DNA of 64,000 nucleotides from Bacteroidota bacterium (GTDB taxonomy: Bacteria; Bacteroidota; Bacteroidia; UBA4408). The notes under the pieces are model-generated. The model saw only the letters and a list, made by a program, of their open reading frames with translations, did not search any database and had not been told where the DNA came from. Below are positions 29,104 through 39,402 of the stretch, piece after piece. The stretch spans positions 12,284-76,283 of the forward strand of contig JADKCP010000004.1 of assembly GCA_016718805.1 (NCBI GenBank), in the 5' to 3' direction. Position 1 is the stretch's first letter. Each line of letters begins with the position of its first letter. A program made the position numbers and the translations under genes.

Positions 29104-30498
29104 TTGAAATCCTTTCTCATTTTTAGTCTCAAAAAAAATCGGGTAATCATCCATTTCATTTCATCAGTCTTGTTTATTCAAGCTTGTAGTACAACTAATG
29201 AAAAATCGAAAGAAATCACTTTTGCCAAAGACATTGCTCCAATAATTTACAAAAATTGTTCACCTTGTCATCAAAAAAATTCGGTTGGTCCCTTTCCCTT
29301 ACTGAGTTATAGAGATGTTGCCAAACGAGCTAAAATGATTGCTTCCGTTACTGCAAATCGATACATGCCTCCTTGGCCCGCAGATGCAAGTTACAGTCAT
29401 TTTGTGGATGAAAAAATATTGAGCAATCATGAGATTGAACTTATTGACACATGGGTGAAAGAAGGATGCGTTCTGGGTGATAGTGCTGAACTGCCTGCAA
29501 CTCCTGTATTTTCTAACGGTTCACAATTGGGTATTCCCGACTTGGTAATTAAAATGGACAAACCCTACAAAATCAAGGGCGATAATTTGGATCGTTTTTT
29601 ATTAATGAAACTTCCCTACGAAATTCAGCGAGATACATTTATACGAGCCATTGAATTTATTCCGGGAAATAGCAAATTATTACATCACATGAATGGAGAA
29701 ATGTTGCGCTATGAATTTGATAAAAAGAAAAATGTTTTTGATGGAGAAAAGGTAGTTGATGTTGCAGAATTCCCTACAGTTAAAGACGCCTATGAAAAAA
29801 TGAAATTAGCTAATGACGATGGGTCCTATCCTATTATGAAATTATCGGTTACTAATTTTTTACCAGGAGTTTTGCCTAATTTATATCCGGAAGGAATTGG
29901 TGGATTTTTTATGTCGCGCAAAGGAGCTTTTTTCTTTAAGGACATACATTATGGCCCATCCCCAATCGACACTAGTGACCAATCTCAACTTAACATTTTT
30001 TTTGGACCCGGTCCATTAAAGCGACCAACTTTAGAATTACAAATGGGAACTTTGGGAGTATCGCCAATAGTTCCACCACTCATTATTCCGCCAGATTCAG
30101 TGAAAACTTTTTTAACGAGCTATTACGTTGGTACGAGTATATCCTTACTCACAATTAATCCGCACATGCATTTGTTAGGAAAAAAATTCTGGGCCTTTGC
30201 TCTTGCACCAGATGGTGATACAATTCCACTTATAAAAATAAATAAATGGGATTTTCGTTGGCAATATTTTTACACCTTCAAAAAAATGGTAAAAATTCCG
30301 GAAGGTTCTACTATTTACGTGTATGGTACTTTTGATAATACCTCACAAAATCCGCTCAATCCATTTCACCCTCCACGCACCATTTCAGAGCGCGATGGAA
30401 GTATGCGCACTACCGATGAGATGTTTCAGTTTATTATAACTTACTTACCTTATGAAGCGAACGATGAAAATATTTCGCTGGAAGGGAAATTGAAATAG
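29104..30498 (+). CDS. Cytochrome c-fused copper type II (PHM/DBH-like) monooxygenase, probable lipoprotein
   Basis: Lipobox-like IQA|C, heme motif CSPCH with distal YMPPW, and Cu ligands LLHHMN, IHY, PHMH and TDEM. Confidence 0.75.
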   Translation: MKSFLIFSLKKNRVIIHFISSVLFIQACSTTNEKSKEITFAKDIAPIIYKNCSPCHQKNSVGPFPLLSYRDVAKRAKMIASVTANRYMPPWPADASYSHFVDEKILSNHEIELIDTWVKEGCVLGDSAELPATPVFSNGSQLGIPDLVIKMDKPYKIKGDNLDRFLLMKLPYEIQRDTFIRAIEFIPGNSKLLHHMNGEMLRYEFDKKKNVFDGEKVVDVAEFPTVKDAYEKMKLANDDGSYPIMKLSVTNFLPGVLPNLYPEGIGGFFMSRKGAFFFKDIHYGPSPIDTSDQSQLNIFFGPGPLKRPTLELQMGTLGVSPIVPPLIIPPDSVKTFLTSYYVGTSISLLTINPHMHLLGKKFWAFALAPDGDTIPLIKINKWDFRWQYFYTFKKMVKIPEGSTIYVYGTFDNTSQNPLNPFHPPRTISERDGSMRTTDEMFQFIITYLPYEANDENISLEGKLK

Positions 30499-30505
30499 GT
30501 ATTGC

Positions 30506-31081
30506 TTACTTTATACGTTTCGCATTATCTTTTATAAAAGCATCCCAGCCCGAATACTTTTTATCGCCAACAGTTGAATTGTTTTGATAGGTATGACAAA
30601 CTGCAGCTGCTAATCCATCGGTTGCATCTAAATCATCAGGGAGTTGCTGAATCTTTAACATGTTTTGCAACATTGCTGCCACTTGTTCCTTTGAGGCATT
30701 ACCATTGCCCGTAATTGATTGTTTAATTTTTTTAGGAGAGTATTCGAAAATGGGAATATCGCGGTACATGGCCGCTGCAATAGCAACACCTTGTGCCCTT
30801 CCCAACTTCAGCATCGATTGCACATTTTTACCAAAAAACGGAGCTTCCACTGCCATTTCATCCGGTTTGTATTCTTCGATCAAACCTAAAGTACGTTCAA
30901 ATATTTTCTTCAATCGCAAAGGATGGTCATCGTATTTGTTGAGGTGCAAAACACCCATAGCCAGCAATGAAATCTTGGTACCTGTGCTGTGTAGGATTCC
31001 ATATCCCATAATTGTTGTACCGGGATCGATTCCTAAAATAATTTTATCCTTAACGGTACTTTTAATTCCTTGTATTGCCAT
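30506..31081 (-). CDS. ruvC: Holliday junction resolvase RuvC
   Basis: [38 protein letters not shown] and DATDGLAAA. Confidence 0.96.
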   Translation of the reverse strand: MAIQGIKSTVKDKIILGIDPGTTIMGYGILHSTGTKISLLAMGVLHLNKYDDHPLRLKKIFERTLGLIEEYKPDEMAVEAPFFGKNVQSMLKLGRAQGVAIAAAMYRDIPIFEYSPKKIKQSITGNGNASKEQVAAMLQNMLKIQQLPDDLDATDGLAAAVCHTYQNNSTVGDKKYSGWDAFIKDNAKRIK

Positions 31082-31144
31082 TTCTAATTTCAAAAATACA
31101 TTATTTTGATGCAATCAATTAGTTTTAACTTTATCTAAAAAAAA

Positions 31145-31636
31145 ATGAAAACAGTACATTATATGCAACAACTAGTAAAATATAATGTTTGGGCCAATAC
31201 TAAAGTGGCTGAGATTTTACGTACACTCACTACTGATGAATTACAACTAGAAATAATTAGTAGTTTTTCCTCTATTCAAAAAACAGTGCTGCATATTTGG
31301 GATGCTGAGTTTATATGGCTCAACCGAATTAATGGAATTCCAATTACTACTTTTCCAAGTAAAGCCTATTCAAAGAATAGTGCTATCGATGCATTTGTTA
31401 ATTGCTCCATTGACTGGCAAGTGCTGATGGAAAATAAATCGGATGCCTATTTTGATGAATTATGCAGCTACACAAACTTGCAACAAAAAGTATTTAGTAA
31501 CCGAATTGGTGAAATAGTTATCCATTGCATGAATCATTCAACTTATCACCGAGGTCAGTTAATTACCATGTTTCGGCAACTTGGAAAAGAGCAATTGCCT
31601 TCAACAGATTTCATTACTTTTCTTCGAGAAAATTAA
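31145..31636 (+). CDS. DinB/YfiT family protein
   Basis: YN.WAN, SI..T..HIWDAE..W and H..NHSTYHRGQ. Confidence 0.9.
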   Translation: MKTVHYMQQLVKYNVWANTKVAEILRTLTTDELQLEIISSFSSIQKTVLHIWDAEFIWLNRINGIPITTFPSKAYSKNSAIDAFVNCSIDWQVLMENKSDAYFDELCSYTNLQQKVFSNRIGEIVIHCMNHSTYHRGQLITMFRQLGKEQLPSTDFITFLREN

Positions 31637-31777
31637 TCACTATAGTTTTTCGAATTTATTTGCACGGGCAATGCAGTATATCCTACAAGAACAAACGCTT
31701 TATTGTAACTGCATTAACAAATAGCTTTGCAATTAACTTTAATTCAACTGATTTTGCGTCATTCTAAGTACAAAAAA

Positions 31778-34700
31778 TTATTGCACTACTACTAATTTTT
31801 TGTTTAGCGTAAAATTCTCACCTTTCACCACAACAACATAAATCGCAGAAGCTAATTCCGCAATATCAAGTTTATATTCGGTCACATCTACAGCAGAAAA
31901 TATTTTAGTAAAAACTACATTTCCTAGCTTATCAAAAATTTGAACCGAATTTACACCAACCTGATTAGTGCTTTTTAGTAAAACACTTTTACTAGCTGGA
32001 TTAGGTGTTAATATTAAGTTACCGCTTGTTAATTTATTCTCGGTTATACCTACAGCTTTGTTTTTAATATTACTTTTTGATGTATTGATTCCTGTTAATG
32101 TACGTAGTGTTGGAGTACAACTTAAACCACCCATATTCGTTACTAATCGATAACTTGCATTGGGAAACAAATTGTAATCAGGATCGCTTATTTGATTCAC
32201 ATTTCCAGAAGTAATGGCAATGGTTCGCCAAACACCCGAGCTAATACTATCGCGCAGTAACAAATATTGTAAAACCGGAGTTGTTTGATTTTGTATTTGA
32301 TAAAAATTCCAATCAAAATTACCATTGCTTTGGTCGTTTAATTTAATGGTATGATGAAAATCGCTTTTTGCACTTTCGGTTCCACAAGCATCAATGGCCG
32401 ACAATTTGTATAATTTTGAAGTGACATTGGGATTGGCATATAATAAATTTGAATCAACAAATAAACTCAGTTGGTTATAGCTAACTGATTTTACGTATGA
32501 AAATATATTGGTTATATCTTCTCTATAGATTCTAAAGCTATCTATAACATCAGTAATCGGTTTTTCCCAAACAAGCACATTGTATTTTGATAAACTATCA
32601 ACTGTGCATATGCACAATGGAACGGATGGTGGAATAGAATCGATAAAAAGCACAGAGCTACTATCTCTACAACCAGCCAGGCTAGTAACCAGATAGGAAT
32701 AATTTCCACCTTGTGTAGCCGAATAAGTTGCACCGGTTGCTCCTGCAATTGCAGTTCCTTCGTAAAACCATTGATACGAAAAACCTGTACCACTTAAAGC
32801 ACTTAATAATTCAGGATGATTGGTACAGGCATAGGCTGTTCCGTTATAAGAAATAGCTGCAGTAACTGCATTGCATGGACCATCAATTTTAGCGATAACT
32901 CCATCCCAAACACCGCCACCATAACTATTTTGAAAACCATTTGTTGCAATTCCTGCAGTACTTTTTGTTGTGCCGCAAAAAATTATGTCATTGTTTTTAT
33001 CAACAGTAATTGCATTAGCATACTCTTCTAAATTTCCTCCCAAATAAGATCCAAAAATTCGTTGGCCAAGAGCATTAAATCCTGCAATTAATACATCACC
33101 TGCTCCTCCTCCAAAAGAAGTTTGAAATGCGTTTGATGCTATGCCTGATGTACTTGAAGTTTCGCCAGCAATAAAAACATTCCCTTTTGAATCGCTGGTA
33201 CACGTAATTGCATAATCATTTCCGCCAGTTCCATAATATGTGCCCCATAAGCGATTTCCCGAAGGATCAAATTTCGCTACAAAGGCATCGAGTGGTCCAC
33301 CTCCAAATGAATTTTGAAATCCTGAAGATGCTATCGAAAAACTGCTATTTGTTTGACCACACAAGAAAACATTGTTGTTGTAATCTACAGCCACATCAAA
33401 TGCAATATCCGAATCAATATCGCCATAATATGAGCTCCACTGAAATGAACCACTTCCTGTAAACTTTACAATAAAAGCATCTGTAAGTCCACCAAAGGTG
33501 TTTTGAAAACCACCTGAAATATGTTGGCCTAAACCACTCGTACTTCCACATAAATAAACATTACCTAAAGCATCCGATGCACATGAATATGCTCGATCAT
33601 CTCCTCCATTACCAAAATAAGTTCCCCAAATTCGAGCACCGGCTGAATTAAACTTTGCTAAAAATCCATCAATGGTTGCAGAAGGTGAAGAAGTCTGAAA
33701 GGAAAGAGGCGTCGCAAGACCTGAAGAACTATTCGTAGAACCGCATAAGTATATATTATTCGAATTATCGATTGCGCAATTATTGGCAACGTCATCGCCA
33801 AAACCTCCATAATACGTTGCCCAAACACGAGCACCTGCAGCATTAAATTTTGCTAAAAAACAGTCGTATTGTCCACCGATAAAACTGTTTTGAAATCCAC
33901 CGGATGCAATTCCAGAAGTGCTTGAAGTAAATCCTGAAACATAAATATTTCCGCCTGCATCAGCAGCACATCCTTGTCCAATATCAGTATCATTACCTCC
34001 ATAATAAGTAGCCCACTGACGCACACCTGAAGAATTAAACTTTACAACAAATGCATCACTTAATGATGCATGAGACGTTTGAAAACCACCGGCTGTTGCA
34101 ATACCATTATTGCTATCGGTTTCGCCACTCATAAAAATATTTCCGCTGGTATCGGTACTGCATCCGTATCCATAATCAGTTCCTGTACCTCCATAATAAC
34201 TCGACCATTGCAAGGTTGGATCAATGACGAGTGTTTTGGTATTGTCGTAATTTTCGAGTAAAAACTTTACTTGATTTGCAGTTACACTAAAGTTACTTTT
34301 TATACTTTTTCCTGTTTCAGCAATAAAACTTATAGGTGAACCTTCTACTAATTCGCCCAATCGGGTTACAATATTCAAGTTACCCTCTTTATTTCTTTCA
34401 ACGGAACCTGCATGTTTGTAGCGAATACTAATTTGATTAGGATTCCCACCGGGATGTACAATAAAATCATATTCCATTTTCCCATTTTTACTATAAAGTA
34501 CCCAATCAATTTGCGGATAAACATTTTGAAAAGTCAAACGCGAAAATGCAGGAACATTTGTTATTCCTTGAGGGCAATTCGATAAATAAAAATTTTCGTA
34601 ATACTCGCTTTTTTGCCCGGCAATTACTTTTGCAGAAGTATTTGAATTTTCAAGACACATATCTAGTCGAAATATTTCAGCGTCTTTTGATGGAATTGAT

Positions 34701-34981
34701 TGCGCAATAATACTTTCATTTAAAGGTTGTTTTTGACTATTCCTTTTTTTCCATTGATAATAAATTGCGCCTTTGCTAATAAATACTTTAACTCCGTTAC
34801 TTTCTGTTGTGTATACTATATCAGGCCTTGCTTGCCCATCCAAATCTATTACTTGCCCTCTATTCTCAACAAACAATAATTGATTGTCTTTAGAATTATT
34901 AGTTAAAATACTCGTTAACTGTTTTGCCTGTACTGTAATAAAAAAAGAAATACATGCACTAAACCATACTATTTTTTTCAT
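31778..34981 (-). CDS. T9SS cargo with DUF7948-type N-domain, 7-bladed SBBP beta-propeller, Ig/Fn3-like domains and CTD
   Basis: FVENRGQ, YDFIVHPG, IDPTL, seven W(S/A/G)(S/T)Y(Y/F/L)G repeats and CTD LTPNP...IYVVVV...KKLVV. Confidence 0.85.
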   Translation of the reverse strand: MKKIVWFSACISFFITVQAKQLTSILTNNSKDNQLLFVENRGQVIDLDGQARPDIVYTTESNGVKVFISKGAIYYQWKKRNSQKQPLNESIIAQSIPSKDAEIFRLDMCLENSNTSAKVIAGQKSEYYENFYLSNCPQGITNVPAFSRLTFQNVYPQIDWVLYSKNGKMEYDFIVHPGGNPNQISIRYKHAGSVERNKEGNLNIVTRLGELVEGSPISFIAETGKSIKSNFSVTANQVKFLLENYDNTKTLVIDPTLQWSSYYGGTGTDYGYGCSTDTSGNIFMSGETDSNNGIATAGGFQTSHASLSDAFVVKFNSSGVRQWATYYGGNDTDIGQGCAADAGGNIYVSGFTSSTSGIASGGFQNSFIGGQYDCFLAKFNAAGARVWATYYGGFGDDVANNCAIDNSNNIYLCGSTNSSSGLATPLSFQTSSPSATIDGFLAKFNSAGARIWGTYFGNGGDDRAYSCASDALGNVYLCGSTSGLGQHISGGFQNTFGGLTDAFIVKFTGSGSFQWSSYYGDIDSDIAFDVAVDYNNNVFLCGQTNSSFSIASSGFQNSFGGGPLDAFVAKFDPSGNRLWGTYYGTGGNDYAITCTSDSKGNVFIAGETSSTSGIASNAFQTSFGGGAGDVLIAGFNALGQRIFGSYLGGNLEEYANAITVDKNNDIIFCGTTKSTAGIATNGFQNSYGGGVWDGVIAKIDGPCNAVTAAISYNGTAYACTNHPELLSALSGTGFSYQWFYEGTAIAGATGATYSATQGGNYSYLVTSLAGCRDSSSVLFIDSIPPSVPLCICTVDSLSKYNVLVWEKPITDVIDSFRIYREDITNIFSYVKSVSYNQLSLFVDSNLLYANPNVTSKLYKLSAIDACGTESAKSDFHHTIKLNDQSNGNFDWNFYQIQNQTTPVLQYLLLRDSISSGVWRTIAITSGNVNQISDPDYNLFPNASYRLVTNMGGLSCTPTLRTLTGINTSKSNIKNKAVGITENKLTSGNLILTPNPASKSVLLKSTNQVGVNSVQIFDKLGNVVFTKIFSAVDVTEYKLDIAELASAIYVVVVKGENFTLNKKLVVVQ

Positions 34982-35042
34982 GTCTATTACTTATAAATGG
35001 TATTTTAATTTGCTAACTATTTTCCGTTAGGATAGTTTACAA

Positions 35043-38000
35043 TTATTTTTTTACAACCAATTTTTTTGTTTCTGTAAAATTATCTCCAACAATATTCATA
35101 TGATAAATTCCGGAACTAAATTCTGATAAATCTAATTTATAATTATTTTTAATTAAATCTTGCTCATATAAATGAATCATTTCTTTTCCTAAAATATCAA
35201 GTATTGAAACAGTTTTTATTTTGATTCCGATTGGAAAAGTAATTGCAACTTGCTCATTGGTTGGATTAGGAATCAAAATTATTTGAGACTCAAAATCAAT
35301 CTTTGAATCATTAATACCTACGGTATTGGTTCTATTTTTAATGTTAGATTTAGAACTGTTAATACCTGATATCAATTTCTGAGATGGAGAACAAGGTGAA
35401 AACCATTTCATCTCAATTTTATACAAAGCTGTTGGATATAAATCGGTTGCATTGTCACTAAAAATTGTTGGTGAGGTAAAGGACACAAAGCCGATGGAAT
35501 CGAACTGGGAAATAGGAGTATTGGCACGCAAAACAACATAATATGCTCCAGTAACATTTACGCCTTCATATGGATTCCAAGATAAATTTGTAATACCGGC
35601 TCCCAAATTATAGTTGGTTTGCAAAAACAAACACGTATGCTTGTCTGCAACAGGCATAGTGCTTCGATGGTCACAACTATCTACACTTTGTAATAAATAA
35701 CTCCAGGCCTGGCTATTAGGATTTGATACAGTATCTCTGAAAAATCCGGGAGCTAAGGCATCAATTGAATCAACAGCTGTAAATAAATTTCCTGCTGTTT
35801 CACGCAAAAACACATAGCGTTTAATAAAAGTGTTAGCAGGCTTTTCAAAGTAGATTAAATTATATTGAGAATTAGAATCAACACTGGCATAACAAATTTG
35901 AGCAAGTGGAGGAGCCGGATTTATTTGTATACTGTTGCTGGTATCGCTACAAATACCATGATTGGTAACCAGCACAGAATATGTATCGCTAGTGGTTCCG
36001 CTTGCTACAAAAAATGTATCTGTGATTCCTGTTGAATTTCCATTTTTTAACCAAACATAAGTGAAATCTGGAGTTGATGAAAGTGATAAAGAACTGGTTG
36101 ATGACAAACAAGTATAGGGTGATCCGGATAACACAATCTGTGCTTGTGGATAAGCATACACTTCAACATGCAGTATATTACTAGTACTATCGCAATTATT
36201 AATATTCAATTCTTTTACAAAATAATTTCCTGTTTTGTTTGCTGAATAAAATTGAGAAGTTGCACCTTGCACCAGTGTATCATTTCTATACCATTGATAG
36301 ATAACACCTGCTGAACTATTTGCTGAAAGAGTTATGCTTTGCCCATTACAAATTTCCAAACTACCATTTGCACTGATAAAAGCAGGCGGTTTTAAAAATC
36401 CTGTCACAGCAAAACCAACACTTTCGGTACTGCATCCTGCGCTGTTTGTTACCATAACCTTATAAACAGCACTTGCATTAACTATCAATGAATCGCTTAG
36501 TGCACCGGAAATTAATTGATTGTTTACAAACCATTGATAGGTATAACCTGCTCCTGTATTCGCGTGCAATACCAAGTTATCTCCAATACAAAACAACTGG
36601 CTACTTGCTGATATACTTGCTTGCGGCGTTGGTTGAACTATTACATTAATGCTGTTACTAATAGAATCGCAACCGGTAACACTTGTTGTAATTACACGAT
36701 AGCTTCCAGCTGAATCGGCAGTGTAGCTAATTGAATTGGCTCCCGGAATACTACTCCAATTGCTGTTTTTGAACTGTTGCCATTGACGAAAAACGATATT
36801 GGTGTTGGAAGGAGATTTTAGTACCACTGTACTCCCGTTACAAATATTTGTTGATGTTAAGGCCTGTATATGCGCATTTGGTAAAGCGCCAATAGCCCCT
36901 ACAGTTTGAGTTGTTGAGGAAATAGGCGGATTGTTTGGCAAATTTGAAGCAACACGAATTGAATTTCCTGAAAAAGAAGCTCCGACTGTAAGTGGAATAT
37001 ATCCGTGAATTATACCTGAACTTGCTGTAGTTGTTCCTAAAATTTCGGGGTTTGTAGTTGAAAAATTTGTATAAAGTAAGGCTCTGAAAATTGTACCTAA
37101 AGGAAAATTCCCAATAGTATTAAAAGGCACCATAACACTATCGCCCGGGCAAATTGATGTATTGCTTATGGGTAATGTAAGTATAACACGATCATTAAAA
37201 CGTGCCAACAAAACATCGCTGTTGCCGCTGAAAGTACTTGATGAATTGTAAGCCATCCCAAAAGCACTATTGGTACTACCTCCAGCGATTAAATTATTTC
37301 CTATGAGTGATACCGAATTAAAGGTTTCTGTTCCTTGTGAAGTCCCTAATGGGGATGACCATTGAAACTGACCATTTGTTGTAAACTCAGCAACTACAGC
37401 ATCTATATCGTTATTATTGTGATTTGCCCCAACAAATCCAACGCCGTTAATATCCATGAAAGGACTATTACTATAGCCTCCAACAACAATCAAATTTGAA
37501 GTATTAATAGATATGCAGGTTGCAATATCACTTAAAAAACCACCAAAATAGCTGGCCCAAACTCGATTTCCCAAACTATCAAATTTTACCAAAAACCAAT
37601 CTTCCAAACCACTTATTGAAGTAGCATAACTTCCACTCGTTGCCAATCCTCCGGAAGTAGTATTTCCAAGCAAATAAATATTTCCAGTTGTATCAATTGA
37701 ACAATAAGCTCCATTGTTGGCACCACCGGTTTTTTCGCTTGCAGTAGGATTGCTTACAGTTGGTGTTCCACCATAATAACTTGCCCATTTCATTGTTAAA
37801 TCACTGTTGAAGCAAGCAATGTAATCATCATCAATTCCACCTAAAGTCATATCAAAAGCACCTGCTGTTGCAATGTTTGAATTACTGGATGTATTGCCTG
37901 ATAAAAAGTAGGTATTGTTTTTTCCCAGACAAATTGTATTTGCTAGTTCCGAATCGATTCCACCATAATATACAAATCCGTTATTTACAAGCGTAGCTCC

Positions 38001-39281
38001 GGACAAACTTACTTTTGCTACAAAAGCATCATTCGCACCTTGATAAGAATTAGAAGCTGAAAATCCGGACGTGCTGGAGGTTACACCGCACAGTAACAAT
38101 TGTGTCCAATCATTCTTTGCGCCTGAAAGTTTAACATCACTTATATAATCAACATCGTTACCACCAAAGTAAGAACTGTATTGAAAGGTTCCATTCGTAT
38201 TAAAAACAGCAATAAAACCATCCGACAAACCATCTAACGTTGTATCTGACAATGCACCATTTGGAGTAATACCTTGTGCACTATTTGTACTACCAACCAT
38301 TACAGCTTTAGATAAAGCTCCATCTGAAACAAATTGTCCGGAGAGTGCCTCATCATCTCCTAAACCACCGAAATAAGTCGAATACACAATGGTTCCACTG
38401 TTATCAAAATAGCTATAGAACGCATCTTTTGAACCACCTAATAAAGTTTGATACCCACCACTCGTTGCTATTCCAAATAAACTTGAAGTATAACCAAAGG
38501 CCATGTTATCAGTAACTTTAGTTATTGCTTCATTTAAGTTTCCTCCAACATAGCGACTCCAAACTAATGTTGGGTCAATTATTAAAGTTTGTGCCGAATT
38601 ATAATTATCTAATTGAAAGCTTAGCGTTGTATTTTTTAATTTGAAATGGGAAGCAACAGCTGTATTGTTTTCGAGAATAGTGCACATGGGCTTTCCTTCA
38701 ACCAATTGACCTAATCGGGTTGAAACTAGCAGCTCACCAGTTTCATTGAGTTCCAATTTATCAGCATGTGAATAGTTTAGTTGAATAACATTAGGATTAG
38801 CTCCCGGATGCACTATAAAGTCATATTCAACTAAATTATTCTTAGTATAAATAACCCAATCTACTTTAGGATACACATTTTTAAAAATAAGTTTTGAATA
38901 CCCATGCACACCGCTTACCGCTTGTCCTGATAAAAAATAATTTTCATAGTATTCGCTTTTATTCTCTTTGCGAATTTCACTCGGTCTTTTAGAATTTACT
39001 AAATTCATTTCTAGCTTGTGAAGCTCCATCTTACCATTCTCCCCAACTTGCATAAACTGATAAAAAATACCCTTTTCTGTAATAAACAATTTGGTACCAT
39101 TAGCGCAGTAGGTAAATTTCACATCGTTACGTTGCTTTCCCTTTATATCCAGTATTTGCCCTTTATTTTCCATAAATAGCAATGGCTTTTGCTCAGCTGC
39201 TTGTATAGCTTGGCTTTGAGAAATTAAAAACAGGAGTAAAAATTTTACCCAGTTGAGTTGATTGCTAAATAATGTATTCAT
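35043..39281 (-). CDS. Paralogous T9SS cargo with DUF7948-type N-domain, SBBP propeller, several Ig-like domains and CTD
   Basis: FMENKGQ, YDFIVHPG, IDPTL, seven propeller repeats, repeated (Y)QW(Y/F).N...I.GA Ig-like units and CTD LIPNP...GIYHM...KKLVVK. Confidence 0.85.
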   Translation of the reverse strand: MNTLFSNQLNWVKFLLLFLISQSQAIQAAEQKPLLFMENKGQILDIKGKQRNDVKFTYCANGTKLFITEKGIFYQFMQVGENGKMELHKLEMNLVNSKRPSEIRKENKSEYYENYFLSGQAVSGVHGYSKLIFKNVYPKVDWVIYTKNNLVEYDFIVHPGANPNVIQLNYSHADKLELNETGELLVSTRLGQLVEGKPMCTILENNTAVASHFKLKNTTLSFQLDNYNSAQTLIIDPTLVWSRYVGGNLNEAITKVTDNMAFGYTSSLFGIATSGGYQTLLGGSKDAFYSYFDNSGTIVYSTYFGGLGDDEALSGQFVSDGALSKAVMVGSTNSAQGITPNGALSDTTLDGLSDGFIAVFNTNGTFQYSSYFGGNDVDYISDVKLSGAKNDWTQLLLCGVTSSTSGFSASNSYQGANDAFVAKVSLSGATLVNNGFVYYGGIDSELANTICLGKNNTYFLSGNTSSNSNIATAGAFDMTLGGIDDDYIACFNSDLTMKWASYYGGTPTVSNPTASEKTGGANNGAYCSIDTTGNIYLLGNTTSGGLATSGSYATSISGLEDWFLVKFDSLGNRVWASYFGGFLSDIATCISINTSNLIVVGGYSNSPFMDINGVGFVGANHNNNDIDAVVAEFTTNGQFQWSSPLGTSQGTETFNSVSLIGNNLIAGGSTNSAFGMAYNSSSTFSGNSDVLLARFNDRVILTLPISNTSICPGDSVMVPFNTIGNFPLGTIFRALLYTNFSTTNPEILGTTTASSGIIHGYIPLTVGASFSGNSIRVASNLPNNPPISSTTQTVGAIGALPNAHIQALTSTNICNGSTVVLKSPSNTNIVFRQWQQFKNSNWSSIPGANSISYTADSAGSYRVITTSVTGCDSISNSINVIVQPTPQASISASSQLFCIGDNLVLHANTGAGYTYQWFVNNQLISGALSDSLIVNASAVYKVMVTNSAGCSTESVGFAVTGFLKPPAFISANGSLEICNGQSITLSANSSAGVIYQWYRNDTLVQGATSQFYSANKTGNYFVKELNINNCDSTSNILHVEVYAYPQAQIVLSGSPYTCLSSTSSLSLSSTPDFTYVWLKNGNSTGITDTFFVASGTTSDTYSVLVTNHGICSDTSNSIQINPAPPLAQICYASVDSNSQYNLIYFEKPANTFIKRYVFLRETAGNLFTAVDSIDALAPGFFRDTVSNPNSQAWSYLLQSVDSCDHRSTMPVADKHTCLFLQTNYNLGAGITNLSWNPYEGVNVTGAYYVVLRANTPISQFDSIGFVSFTSPTIFSDNATDLYPTALYKIEMKWFSPCSPSQKLISGINSSKSNIKNRTNTVGINDSKIDFESQIILIPNPTNEQVAITFPIGIKIKTVSILDILGKEMIHLYEQDLIKNNYKLDLSEFSSGIYHMNIVGDNFTETKKLVVKK

Positions 39282-39402
39282 CTTAATAATATTTATACTA
39301 ATCTATAAAAAAAGTCTGATTATACTATATATTCTGTTAAAATAATCTATTTTTACTCTGCTTAAAAAACAAAGGTTACAAAACTTACTAACACCAAGAA
39401 AT

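Noticed and set aside
32900-34210. Regularly spaced similar segments in the SBBP genes, and the SprB repeats at 40600-41700, as possible CRISPR or DNA repeats
   Set aside because: They are degenerate protein-level repeats inside ORFs, with no identical DNA repeat-spacer structure.
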